A stretch of 64,000 nt of DNA from the human T2T-CHM13v2.0 reference genome, Homo sapiens. Location of the stretch: the NCBI RefSeq assembly GCF_009914755.1, contig NC_060933.1; one strand, written 5' to 3'. Below the pieces are notes generated by a model. The model had not been told where the DNA came from. It was given only the letters and a program-made list of their open reading frames with translations, and did no database searches. The translations under genes and the position numbers were made by a program. Shown piece by piece: positions 12,540-26,484 of this stretch. How positions within the stretch are numbered: position 1 is the first letter of the stretch; each line of letters begins with the position of its first letter.

Positions 12540-14840
12540 TAATATTAACCAAAAAAAGAATAACAACAAATTTTAAAAGAACAAGAATACACTTTGATTA
12601 GGTAGATGTGTGTATCAGATTTACTACAATATGTTACCAAAACTGTTCAGTTTTTAGAAATAAATATGAGATGTGCAAAGACACAGGAAAATATGCCTGA
12701 AACACAGGGTAGTGGAAAGTAGCTATTAAATGACCCTGAGAAAGCCTAGATTTTAGGCTTCATAGAGATTTTAAATGATCTATCAATATATATTAATAGA
12801 ACAAAATAAATTATATCTAAAAATAAAATAAGAATGCTGCCTCATGAAATAGAGAATATTAGTAAAGAGATAAAATTATAAGAAAGTATCAAACAGAAAT
12901 TCTAGTAATTAAAAGTATAACTGAAATGGAAATTTATCAAAATTTCAACAACAGATTTGAGCTGGCAGATGAATTCATGAACAACATTGAAGATAGGTCA
13001 ATAGGGACTATTCAGTCTGAGAAGCAGAAAAAAATATGAACAGATCCTCAGAGACATGTGGGCCCGTACAAATTGTATCAACATCCACATAATGCAATAC
13101 CAGAGAAAAGACTAGAAAAATTTTTAAAGAAGTATTTTCCAAAACACTCCCAAGTTGTATAAAAGACACTAATCTTCAAATTCAAGAAGCTCAGATAGAA
13201 TAAATTTACCTAAGATTCCAGGTAGAATAAGTCTAACAAGTTAATCGATGATAATAAATGAAAAATACAAATCCTTGAAAGCAGCAAGAAGGGTTAACTT
13301 AACCTATTGCAGAGATCCTTGGTAAAAGTAATAACTGACTTCTCATCAGAAACCCTGGATATTAGAAGACAGTGGAATGACATGTTCAAAATGTCTCAGA
13401 CTGTAAGCTGATAATTCTATATATAGCTAAAATCTCATGCAAAAATAAAAAAGAAGTTAAGACATGCCCAATGAAATGAAGAGAGAGAGAGAAGAGAATT
13501 TCTTGCTTATAGACTTGCCCTACATGATATATTAAAGTAAGTTATTTAGGCTGAAATGAATAAAACGCTTTATGAAACTCAAATTCACATCAAGGAGTAA
13601 AGTGCAACAAAAAATAACTACAAAGAAGGCTAGATTCAGTGGCTCACCTGTAGTCACAGCACTTTGGAGGCTGAGGAAGGAGGTTTCCTTGAGCCCAGGT
13701 GTTTGAGGAGACCAGCCTGGGCATCATGGAAAAGCCTCATCTATTCAAAAAAATACAAAAAAAAAAAAAAAAAAAATTAGCCAGGCATGGTGGCACGTGC
13801 CTGTAGTCCTAGCTACTTGGAGGTGGTGAGACCAGAGGATTGTTTGAGCCCAGGATGCGGAGGTGGCAGTGAGCCAAGATTACACCACTGCATTCCAGCC
13901 TGGGCAACAGAGCAAGACCTTGTCTCAAAAAAAAGGAAAAGGAAAAGAAAACTACAAAGATAAATATAAAAGCCAGCGTAAATGTGCTTTTGTTTGTATT
14001 CCTTGCCTTACTCTGTTTTAGATGACAGCTGCACAAAACAATCATTATAAAACACAGTTAAAAGATTATAATGTATAAACATGTAATTTGTACAGCATTA
14101 ATAGTAAAAAAAAAAAGGAGAAAACAGATATATTGGAGTATGTTTTTGCATACTATGAAAATTTACCATTATTCTGAACTAGACCTTTTAAAATTACGAT
14201 ACTAATTCTCATCCCCATAGCAACCACAAAAAGAAAATCCTCAAACTTTTAGTAAATAAACAAAGCAATTAAAATGGTACGCTGGAACATAACTATTTAA
14301 CATAAAAAAAGATAGTGATAGAGGAAAAGAGGTAAAAACACATGATACATATAGTAACATATAACAAAGTAGATGTAAACCCCACCATATCCAATCAAAA
14401 TGCAGAGATCCACAGAATAAATAAGTTATGTTTCAATTCTATGATCCCTACAAGAGATGTTTAGATTCAAAAAACAAAGAGGTTGAAAGTAAACGGATGA
14501 AAAAGATATAATATGCAATCAGTAAACAAAAATGAGCTGCAGTGCTACCCTAAGACAGTAGAGTTAAGACAAAAGTTTTTAGTAAACAATGAGAAAATTT
14601 TGTAATGATAAAGGGGTAAATCTACCTTTAAGATTTAATAACTACAAATGCATTTAATAAAGCCCTCAAATTCTGTCAGCAAAACCTGACAGAATTGAAG
14701 GAGGAAGAAACAATTGAAAAAAAAATTGTTAGTGACTTCAATACTCATTTTCAATACTAGATGGAACAAGTAGGAAGATCCCCACAAAACAGAAGGCTTA
14801 AACAACTATTGTGGCCACTCCCCAGAGACAGAATAGATGC
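12540..14840 (+). mobile_element. Older L1M (L1MC/L1MD-type) ORF1 to ORF2 start, heavily decayed
   Basis: ORF1-like passages (caacaacagatttgagctggcaga; gacttctcatcagaaacc; ctgataattctatatatagctaaa) and ORF2 endonuclease-like passages (gacttcaatactcattttcaata). Confidence 0.7.
13628..13948 (+). mobile_element. AluJ-type
   Basis: Diverged dimer with cttgagcccagg in both arms. TSD aactacaaaga. Confidence 0.88.
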
Positions 14841-14959
14841 CTACACTCTCAAATTTGGCTCAGATATCGAGATTGATAACACCACATATGTACCAAGAGG
14901 GTATAAAAATGATCTTTTTTAAAAAAATTTATTTAATTAAAAAAGATTACACTATTTTT

Positions 14960-15281
14960 TGTTTGTTGGTTGGTTTTGCTTTTTTTTTTTTTTTTTTTTC
15001 TGAAATGGACTCTCACTCTGTTGCCCAGGCTAGAGTCAGTGGCGCAATCTTGGCTCACTGCAACCTCTGCCTCCTGGGTTCAAGTGATTCTCCTGCCTCA
15101 GCTTCCTGAGTAGCTGTGACTACAGGCACACGCCACCATGCCCAGCTAATTTTTGTATTTTTAGTAGAGACGGGGTTTCGCCAAATTGACCAGACTGGTA
15201 TTGAACTCCTGACCTCGTGATTTGCCCGCCTCGGCCTCCCAAAGTGCTGGGATTACAGGCGTGAACCACTGGTCCCAGTCC
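14960..15281 (-). mobile_element. AluS (Sg/Sc-like) inside the pseudogene 3' UTR
   Basis: Reverse-complement dimer with poly(T) head and ctgacctcgtgat. Imperfect TSD cact(a/g)t..ttttt on both sides. Confidence 0.92.
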
Positions 15282-17536
15282 TCACTGTGATTTTTATACA
15301 CTGTTGAAAACAATGACTTTTATTTATTTAAAGGCAGCAGTAGTTCCCATTACTCTCATAATGTTATAGCCAAGCCTTGATTTAGTTCCAGAAAATAAAT
15401 AGAGTAAATTTTTAATATTTCTCTAGCTCTGTCTTCTGTAAGAGAATTTCAGAGTATGAAGGAAAGATGAAGCAGACATAGAAGAACATTTTTAGATACT
15501 GACCATTTTTCCTTGAATTTGGTGAAAATTTAGTTTCTTTCCCAAATTCTGCACTTCTATACATAAAAGTAAATTTCTATTTTAGTAGCTCTAAAAGAAC
15601 TAGGTGAGAGAGGATTATTACCCATAATAGTAAATAGCAAGTACTTTGGCAAGTCTGAATTAGAGTACAAGTGAAGACATTCACAAACATCCTTTTTCCA
15701 TCTCCTGGATGTGGTATGGTCTTTATGTTAGAATTAAAGCATCACAATTAACTGATTGTAGGGTGCTGGTGGGCAATGCAATCCATCAACATGTCTACCC
15801 CAACAGATGTGGAGACATATGGAACAAATATGTTAACCAAAGTGGTCAGGAGAACAAAACACAGAAAACACCATAAAACTGAGGACATTATCTCTTCTTG
15901 TCTGAAAAAAGGGGTTCCCTGGAGCACAGAAAGTATTTATCAGGGGAATGCTTCTATTCTGTTATCACAGGAGGGCTTGATGCAGATTCTGGCCACTCAC
16001 ACACATCTGGCAGCAGGGAATCATATTCACTCCATCATATTCTTTCTTTAACATATTGGGCCTTGTCTTCAGGTTCTGGGTATTGAGAAAGCCATTTTAT
16101 TAGCATACAGGTATTCTGTAACTTTAATAGCAATGTTAATAGAAACTTTCTGAATATTAGCAAGTGGTAAGTAAAGTCTCCCTCGGGCTAGCGCGTCATC
16201 CGTCACGTGGCTTGTCAATGCCTTTGCAGCTTCTAGGAAAACATTGTCACTAATTTGCTGGGTGTTACAGAGAATAACAGCTAAAGTCACACCTGGAAAA
16301 ATATATACATTGTTTCCTCGATCTGGTGTAAAGATTCGCCCATCTGTGAGTTTCACTGGCCCAAATGGACTGCCACTGGCAAACAAACATTTGCCCTCTG
16401 TAAGTGTATATGCTTCTCCAGCCGTGCACTCCTGCACTCCGCCTGTGCTGTAGGATTACTTAATGCAAATATTACAGGCCTTTCATTGATACAGCCAATG
16501 GCTCTGATTACATCAGGAGTGAAAAGACGGCCAGCACCTGCAACTCCAATTGTAGTTGAAGTCTTCATTATATTCACTGCATCTTCAAAAGTATCAGGTA
16601 TGCTCTCTGGGACTGGGTAAGTAAATGGTTCCTGATAACAATCTATTTTTGCTTTCTGCCCCTAAACTAATAAACCATACTTGTCAAACATCCAGATTTT
16701 CTTTTGTGCCTCTTCTTCTGACAGGCCATTTTCTACCATAGACATACTACAAGATTTGCAATTCTAAGAGTAATCTCTCCTGCTCCAAGGAATAAGATTT
16801 TGTGTTCGGAGATTGGTTTACTAGTAACTTTTTGTGTTGCAAGAAGACCTATTAGAGCTACTGCAGCTGTCCCTTGAATATCATCATTGAAAGTGCAACA
16901 TTTTTATTGGTATTTTCTCAAGAATCTGAATGCATTATGATGTCCAAAACCTTCAAACTGAAGGAGTGTGTTCCAGCCATATCTGTCAGTAATAGCTTTC
17001 ATAAACTCATCAATTGGATCATCAGACTGTTGTGTGCGATCTCGTTTCTGGTACAAGCCCATGTAAAATGTGCCTTTTAAGAGTGCGATATTATCAGTTC
17101 CCACATCAATACACACCAGAAGGCATCTATCAGGCCATATTCCTGGACAAACTGTATACAAACAAATTTTTCCTACTGGAATTCCCATTCCATAGACACC
17201 CAGATCTCCATGACCCAGAATTCTCTCTCCATCAGTCACTAAAACAGCCTTAACATGATTTTCTGGCCACTTATCCACAATTGATCTAACATGACCTCTG
17301 TCTGAGATGGAAATAAATAATCCCTTAGGTCTTCTAAAGAGGTGTCCACACTGGGAGCAGACAAGACCAACCGTCGGTGTATATGCAATTGGCATTAAAC
17401 TCTCCGTGTCATCTTGCAGTATTCTATAAAACAATTTATCATTTCTTTCTTGTATTCCCATTATGTAGATATAGTTTTCCGAAGGGCTAGTCATTTTTTT
17501 CAAGTTTCTATGGAATCGTAAGGCTTGAATATCTTA

Positions 17537-17983
<447 letters not shown>

Positions 17984-18361
17984 TTATATTTTTAAATTTT
18001 TTTTCTTCTATTGGAGGTATTTGCCACTTTCAATTAATTCATACGAATTCTTTATAAATTAAGGTAATTGAAACTTTACATTATCTGTTCCAAATATTTT
18101 TCTCTCTTTTCCTTTTTCTTACTCTATTAGCCATAAATGACTGATCTGATGTAGTGAAGTACATCAACATTTTCATTCATGGAATCTTTTTTGAATGTAT
18201 CTGTGGTGTCCTATTTTCTCAGGTTCATACTTTTAACTGCATGTTATCTACATTTGAATATTGCACTGATCCCTCTAATGTCTAATCTCACATGATGCCA
18301 GCCTTAACTTTATACAGAGCCCTTGGTCAATTGTCTCTATACTTTCACATTAGTTATCAAA

Positions 18362-20453
18362 TAATATGGTTTGGAACTCTGTCCCCACCCAAATCTCAAG
18401 TTGAAATGTAATTTCCAATGCTGTATGTAGGGCCTGGTGGGAAGTGATTGGAACAGAAGAACAGTTTCTTATGATTTAACACCATTCCCCCTTGGTGCTG
18501 ACATCATGATACTGAGTTCTTATGAGATCTGATTGGAGGTCTCAGAAGAAGACAGGGTGAGGGAAAGATTGGAACTTCCTAGAGACTTATTGAATGGTTG
18601 TGACCAACATGCTGATAGTGATATGGACAGTGAAGTACAGGCTGAGGAGGTCTCAAATGGAAATGAGGAATTTATAGGGAACTGGAGTAAAGGTTACTTC
18701 TGCTATGCTTTAACAAAGAGCCTGACTGCATTTTGCCCCTGCTCTACAGATAAGTGGAACTTTGAACTTGAGAGTGATGATTTAGAGTATCTGGTGAGAG
18801 AAATTTCTAAGTAGCAAAGCACTCAAGATGTGAACTGGCTGCTTCTAACAATCTATGCTCACATGCCTGAGTAAAGAAATGATCTGAAACTGAACTTCTA
18901 TTTAAAAGAGAAGCAGAGGGTAAAGATTTTCAGCCTGTCCATTTCATAGAAAAGAAAAGCCCACTTTCAGTGGTGGAATTCAAACAGGCTGCAGAAATTT
19001 GCATAAGTAAGGAGGAGTCGAGTGCTAATAGCAAAGACAATAGGGAAAGACCTCAAAGGCATTTCAGAGACCTTTGTGGTAGCCTCTCCAATTAAAGGCC
19101 ACAAAGCCTAGAAGGACAGAATGATTTTGCAGGCCAGGCTCATGGCCCCACTGCCCTGTGCAGCCTTGGGATACTCTCTGCATCCCAACCACTCAACCTC
19201 CAGCCATAGCCAAAATGGGCCAAGGTACAGCTTGGACCACTGCTTCAGAGGTGCAAGCTATAAGTCTTGGTGGCTTCCACCTGTTGTTAAGCCTGTGGGT
19301 GCGCAGAATGCAAGAGTTGGGGCTTGAAAGACTCCACCTAGATTTCAGAGGATATATGGAAATGCCTGATGTCCAGGCAGAAGCCTGCTGCAGGGGCAGA
19401 GCCCTCATGGAAAATCTCTACTAGGGCAGTGCAGAGGGAATATCTGGAGTTAGATCCTCTTCACAGAGTCCCCACTGGGGCACTTCCTACTGGAGCTGTG
19501 AGAAGTGGAGCACCATGCTCCACACCCCAGAAGAGTAGATCCACCAACAGCTTGCACCCTGCACCTGGAAAAGCAGCAAGCACTCAATGCCAGCCCTTGA
19601 GAGAAACTGTGGGGGCTGAAACTGGCAAAGCCACAAGAGTAAAACTGCCCAAGGCTTTGGGAGCCCACCCCTTGCACTTGTATGCCATGGTGAGACATGG
19701 GGTCAAAGGAGATTATTTTGGAGCATTAAGAGTTAATGACTGTCCTATTGGGTTTCAGACACGCATGGGACCTGTAGCTCCTTTAATTGACAGATTTCTC
19801 CCTTTTGGATTGGGAGTAATTACTCAATGCCTTTACCTCCAAGGTATCTTGGAAGTAACTAACTCATTTTTTATTTTACAGGCTCATAAGCAGAACAGAC
19901 TAGCCTTGTCTTGGATGAGACTTTGGACTGTGGACTTTTGAGTTAATAATAGAATGAGTTAAGACTTTGGTGGACTGTTGGGAATTCATGATTGTATTTT
20001 GAAATGTGAGAAGGTCTTGAGGTTTCAGAGAGGCCAGGTGTGGAATGATGGTTTGCGTCTGTGTCCCCACCCAAATCTCATGCTGAAATGTAACCTCGAT
20101 GCTGAAGTTGCGGCCCAGTCTGAGGTTATTTGATCATGGGGGTGGGTTCTCATGATTTAACATCACCCACACTTAGTGTTATCATCACAATAGTGAGTTC
20201 TCATGATATCTGGTTGTTTAAAAGTGTGTAGCACCTACCCCTTCTCTCTCTTCCTCCTGTACCAGTCAGGTGAAGCTCCTAGCTCCCCTTTGCCTTCCAC
20301 CATAATTGGAAACTGTCTGAGTCCTCTCCAGAAGCAAAATCCACTATGCTTCCTATATAGTCTGCAAAAGTGTGAGTCAATTAGGCCTCTTTTCTTTATA
20401 AATTACCCAGTCTCAGGTATTTCTTTATAACAGTGTGAGAATAGACTAATACA
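18362..20453 (+). mobile_element. MaLR (MSTA/MSTB-like) provirus with a deletion across the 5' LTR/internal junction; 3' LTR 20,046-20,453
   Basis: Partial 5' LTR 18,362-~18,535 joins directly to internal sequence (gaggtctcagaagaagacagg). The internal region is homologous to 1,233-2,600. Complete 3' LTR with MST-type gaagcaaaatccactatgcttcct, ending gactaataca. Confidence 0.9.
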
Positions 20454-20559
20454 CCAAGTTAGTCTGATTTTAACCCGGTCAATGGCTGAGGCAACAAACT
20501 CACTATGAGAACAGCCAGACAGTGCTTTACCACTTGCCCTTAATGCTATGCCTTGTTTC

Positions 20560-20965
20560 CCATCCCAGGGCTTCTGTACTATTTCTGAAGCATATATCAT
20601 ATTCTTAGTGTGCATAAACACAAAACTTGGAGGTATCAAGTAGTTACTACTCTTCAGGTGAATCTGTGATTGGAGACAAGGAACTGGTGGATAAATTCAT
20701 AACCTTTCTTCCTCCTGGACCTCTCATTTGCAGTGCTTTGTATTATATGACCTCTTGGAAGTGCTGTGAGTTTGAGTTATTGGCAGGAGCTTGACCCAAG
20801 AATCAGATAATCTAGTTACGCACCTGATATTTGCTCTTGCTCCTTTCATACCTTATTTCCCCTTTCCTTCACACTTGCTTCTCAATGATTGCACTTTCTA
20901 AGAACACATTTACACATAAACTTTTGCTTCAAGCTCTTGATTTCTGAAAATCCCATATTAAGTAG
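20560..20965 (+). mobile_element. Old ERVL-type LTR (LTR16/LTR33-like), diverged
   Basis: 3' end resembles the LTR16/33 terminus (cacataaacttttgcttcaagctcttgatttctgaaaatcccatattaag). Confidence 0.45.
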
Positions 20966-21660
20966 ATGTCCGATAAAAGTCATTAATATGTCAAATATAT
21001 AAACCATTTATTTCCTTAAACTTGCTTTTTCTAGTGTCTTCCCCATCTTATTAAATGGCAACTGCATTTTTCAAGGGCCTTGTGCTCAGGATTTTGAAGT
21101 AATTCTTGTTTATGCTCTTCTTCTCATTTTCCACATTTAATCATGAGCAAATCATGTTGTATATTCCTTCAAAATACAACTAGAAAATGACCCTCTCTCT
21201 CCATCCACACCACAATCTCTCATATTCAAACCACCATCAACATTCGTTGGTATTTTTTTCAGTATCCTTCTATTTGGTCCCATTGTTTTCATATTTGTTA
21301 TCTACAATCTATTTTCCATATGTAGGGGAAAGATGCTTTTTAAAAAGACACGTTGTATCATGTCACTACTCTTCATTCAGTGCTTCAAAGACTACACTTG
21401 CTCAGAGTAAAGTTGTGACCTTACAAGAACTTATTAAAGCCCTACTTATTTTAGCCTTGTTGTTTATCTAACCTCATTTTCCTACTACACATTTGGTCTT
21501 TACCCCTAGTCACAGACCTCCTTGCTGAATGTTAAATATGCCAAACTCCATCCTCTATTATGGCTCTTTTACTTGCTGTATATTAATACCTTGTTAAATA
21601 GATAATTCACTAATTTTTTTAGAATAGTGCCTGACCCATTGTAGTAATATAATAGTTATC
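20966..21660 (+). mobile_element. L2 remnant
   Basis: ttccccatcttattaaatggcaactgc..tgctcagg; ccttcaaaatac; terminal agaatagtgcctgac. Confidence 0.65.
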
Positions 21661-24600
21661 ACTTGTTATGATATTTTAGATTAGAAACTGTTATTAGTGT
21701 TAGTGCCTCAATGTTATCATCATCAGTAAAATGCAGACGTTTTGTTCTTTTGAGTATATGTGAGAATGATATGATAGAGTGATCAATACCAGAAAAACAT
21801 TACACAAATGCTAATAATTATTTCAATATTTAACGTGTTCATTGCACTAACAATCACTTTTTTTCACATTTCTAAATTTTTACCATCATACATTTACATG
21901 ACTAAGTGTTTTATGGTTATAGACTTCAGCATGTACCCATGTTAATATGTTAATCACTTCTCCGATCACATCCTCTTTCATTCCCTTTCCATTATCTAAT
22001 TAGTATATCCATGCTTGGTGCATTTCCTCCTTCATTCTAGCAACGATTCCGTGGCTTTTTTAAAAAAGTCTCCATTACCATTCTTTTTAGGTTCACTTCT
22101 CACTTTTCTAGGTTCTTTCCCATTTCTCATTTTCTTTTTCTAACATCATGGGATTTCTCAGCCAGTGTTTGATGGCCAAGTTTGGAGTTGTCTATTGCCA
22201 TGGATACTGTTTCAGCTACTTGCCCACAGGAGGGAGCCCTCTACTTGTTAAAGGTACGTTGGCGGCAGCAACATTTCCTTTTTGGAAAAGGACAGTGGAG
22301 CAGGGACTAATTAGCAATAAAGATGTAAGATGGCTTATTTTCCCATATATAGAGTACATCTCATGCTGGTCCAAGTATGGTATTTTCTCTTTCATTAGAC
22401 TTACGTCAGGACCGTACAAAATTAGTACTTATATGGCAGAGTATGAAAGGCATCTACATTGCCCTAATATTTCTTCTGACTTTCTTTTACCAGTCATGTT
22501 TGTCTGTTTGCATTAAAATCTTAAAATAAAGTATCTCGTTAGGTAAAAAGAACCAAATGGAAATGGACATCACCTGGGATAGTTATCATAGGAAAGAAAA
22601 AAAAATCAAAATAAGTGGTTCTCAAAGAGGGTAAGGTGTAAATGGGACAAAGCAGTGGACTTCCCAAGATAACTGTGAAATTTTTTTGTAAGGTTTTATC
22701 TCTTTAGAAGACTAGAGTCCTTGAAATAAAGGAAATTTCAAGTGAAACTCTCCACATTCACAGTTTTCTTTTGGGGCAATATGTCAAGATGAAAATATTT
22801 GTATTCAGGGTAAAAGAGTGATGTGTAAATTGGGAGACCAAGAAATATTATTTTACAGTTATCTGCCACTGTCAGCCCCATAAATACACTGTAGTTACTC
22901 TGAAACCTTGAAGTTCTGGAAGATAGAATTGATCCTTCTGCCTTTCCAGGCAGTCATTTCTGCTCACTCACCTACCCCTGCTGAATATGATTGGGCTTAT
23001 TGTGAGTTTACAGCTTACAATTATTTCCCTGGCTACACACTTTTCATAACTAATTACAATTTACAGTAAGTAGGAACACAAGATTATGGTTATGCCTAAA
23101 ATAGTGTATGCTACCTTCTGTAGGCAAAAAATCAAAAAAGATGTTAAAAATCCAAAGAAAGTGTTTAGGTAAAATATGAAGAAGGGGGCATTGGATAGTC
23201 AAAGTTGGTGGGGCAAGAAGCACAATTCTCTTAAAAAATATTAAGTCTGATGCCTTGTATTTCTTAAGAAACAAGAGAGACATCTATCTGTCCAAATTAA
23301 TGTGGGGATGAAGTTGGCATAAAGATAAGAAGGCAGCAATTGAAACCATATCTCTTGTTGTGTTTTTACAGTTCTGATCACAAATGCTTATTTATAATAA
23401 AGAGTATTAATTTAAAGCAAATGATTAGATTATACTCACATAAAATAAGGCCTATATTTTATTACTGAAAAGCATTCTATTATTGAAAAGGCTTTTTATG
23501 GTAGAGAAATAGAGATTTAGGATGGCAGACCATCTTCTTCAACCTAAATTGACGATTATAAAACATATATTAAGTGCAAAAAATGGAGCTGTAATTTCAA
23601 ATATAAGTGATTCAAAACAAAGTGAATTTGACGGACTTTGTGCTTTGTTCATTTTTATTTTTACTCCTCCTTTAAGCAGCATTCTCAACTCTCACATTGC
23701 ATGTCCAAGTACTTCCATTTTTAAATGCTGCATTATTATATATGTTGATGTTGGAAATCTATTTTATTTGAGTGCCTGAAAGTAATTTAAGAGCCAGAAA
23801 TTAATGATAGAGGCCAAATTCTTCAAAATAGATTATTATAAAAAGAAGAGATTCCTACTACAAAAAAGTCACTATTTTCTATTACAACTAGGACTAAAGG
23901 AAACATTTTTTCATCAAAGCAGAATCACATATGTATTTAAAGCATTTATCTGTTCTCTAACTCAGTAAAGATTTCAGATTGATTTTTTTCTCATTTATTT
24001 CTGACAGAGAAAAGTAGACATTTTAAAATAATAATAATAATAATGACACCATAATTTTAAATAACAAAGCAGCTTTTTTTTCCCCAAAGTAACCCAACAG
24101 AAGAGCTATATAGCTGAGCTCTGCAAGGACTTAGGAAATGAAGGAAAACGTGCTCTATTTGTGGCTTAGTTTTTCTGGGGGGCGGGGGATATGTTGGATG
24201 TGTCTGGAGGTTCATCAAAACCCCCTTATAATTTTCAAAACATGCTAACTGCAGACAGAGGTTGAATTCTAAAACACTTTGTTTTTAATTTTGTATATAA
24301 GTCATCACAGAAGCAAAACAGAAGCAAACAAATGAACAAAATTGTAACAAATTAACTGACGGGTAATAGTCACTAGGCAACCTACCTATATCTCTGTAAA
24401 ATAACAAAAATGCCATCAGCACCATGACAAGAAAAACAACATTTAAAGAATTGAGGAAAAATCTGTTTAAAAATTCTTGCTGAAATGTTTTGGTTTCACC
24501 TGAGCAAACTGTCAATTCAATGCTACAAGGTGATTGAGCTGATTTTATCTCAAAGCACAATACCTGTGAGCACAGTCTTATTTTGAAAAAAAATACATAT

Positions 24601-25424
24601 AGATACATATGTACGTATATGTATATTATTTATTTAATCTATAATTATGTAACCATATTTTTATTAGAACCTGTTTAAATTATTTAGATTTGCTAGATAA
24701 TATATGTGACTTTAATTTAGACTACTAAAAAGTGAATTTGTTTTACTTGTTTAATATGAGAGTAAAATATTATTTCATTGTAAGTTTTACATGATTGTTG
24801 ATTCAAAGTAGCAAAAATAAATTTTTTTGAGCATGAAAAATTTAAACAGTTATCTATAAAGTCTGGGCTTTGGACAAGTGAGTAATTGGCTTGATCTTTT
24901 CGTCCTTTCCTACACTGTTCACCAATTACACATTAGGCTTTTGAAAACCAAGGTGGGAATCTAAATTACAACAGGTTTTTCTCACTTGACCTCTCTTACT
25001 TTGCTTCCAGGCTTTAGAAAGATAATTACTTATTTACATCAAAAGGCTTTTGCTAGGTTATTTAAAAAACAAATCTGCTTACTTCTCTTTACAGGCGAAA
25101 TGATCTAAATTTGTTGGCCTCACATATAAAAAGGATAAATGAATAAAGTTTCTGCATACTCTGCACTCTTACCAACATATCTCCCATGACCCAAAAGCCA
25201 GGGATCCCAGAGGAAGGAATTCAGCATTCAAAAACACTAACATTTCATTGTAAGGCAATCATACTTTCCATTTATTTAAAAAGTATCTTGAATTTTTCTT
25301 CCTCGGAGCCCTCATTGTTGCACATTGATTCATGGGAGCTTTATGTTGGAAATAATTTTCTATACCTGCATGTTTGCTGGCCTTCAACACATACAGTTCT
25401 TTCTTTACACTTGATACCGTTTCA

Positions 25425-25426
<2 letters not shown>

Positions 25427-25474
<48 letters not shown>
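25427..25474. repeat. (GT)24 microsatellite
   Basis: Perfect GT run. Confidence 0.97.
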
Positions 25475-25475
<1 letters not shown>

Positions 25476-25949
25476 CTTACTTGCTGAGTCATTACTTTGG
25501 TACTTCTTTTCCATTACTTTTGCTTTGTAATAGGTTGCAAAGTTCTGCAATCCTCTTTCTTCCTAGACAGTCCTCACATAAATCTTGGCATCAAGTCCTC
25601 TTTGTTCAACATTCCACCAAATCCCATGCTGTAGCCTTACTCCCGATGATACAATTCAGGACATGATCACAACTTCATCACTTTGCAAAACGTTGAAGTG
25701 AAGTTGTGCAATAATAACACTAACTGCCATTCATTAAATAAACTTGTAATTCAGCAGGTTAAATCCTTGCAACCCCTTTCATCTTTGTCTGGTGGAAGAT
25801 ATGTCTTTTCCAGAAAGCCATCTTGAAGTAATCAACCCTTCTTTATCTGTTGAATTCTGCGTATCTATCACAGTCGCCATTGCAGGTTTGTCCATGGATT
25901 TGTATACATTTGTCTTTCTTGATGCCCTAGATGTAAACTCATTAAGGGC

Positions 25950-26268
25950 TATATATATATATATTTTATTATACTTTAAGTTCTAGGGTACATGTGCACA
26001 ACATGCAGGTTTGTTACATATGTATACATGTGCCATGTTGGTGTGCTGCACCCGTTAACTCGTCATTTACATTAGGTATATCTCCTAATGCTATCCCTCC
26101 CCCCTCCCCCCACCCCACAACAGGCCCCGGTGTGTGATGTTCCCCTTCCTGTGTCCAAGTGTTCTCATTGTTCAATTCCCACCTATGAGTGAGAACACGC
26201 GGTGTTTGGTTTTTTGTCCTTGCGATAGTTTGCTGAGAATGATGGTTTCCAGCTTCATTCATATCCCA
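25950..26268 (-). mobile_element. Young L1PA (about L1PA3-5) 3' end, 5'-truncated at ~310 bp
   Basis: Close match to the L1PA 3' UTR reverse complement (attatactttaagttctagggtacatgtgcacaac; ctatccctcccccctccccccacccc), with several CpGs retained. Confidence 0.93.
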
Positions 26269-26484
26269 TTAGCTAGAACTATACTAGATATGTAATAGAT
26301 TTTAATAAATATTTTTTTCAATAAATAAATCCTTACCAAAATACAGTAATGTAGGGATCATTAGCACATTTTAATTTGAGAAACTCATGACTGGGAGGTT
26401 AAAGAAATGTTCCCAGCTCTTATTGAGACTAAAACCTCAGATAAGTCTAATGCTTATACTTGTTCTTTTTGACCTTTTCTTTAA

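Noticed and set aside
25186-25666. ORFs with VC/HT dipeptide runs
   Set aside because: Translation of the (GT)24 microsatellite.
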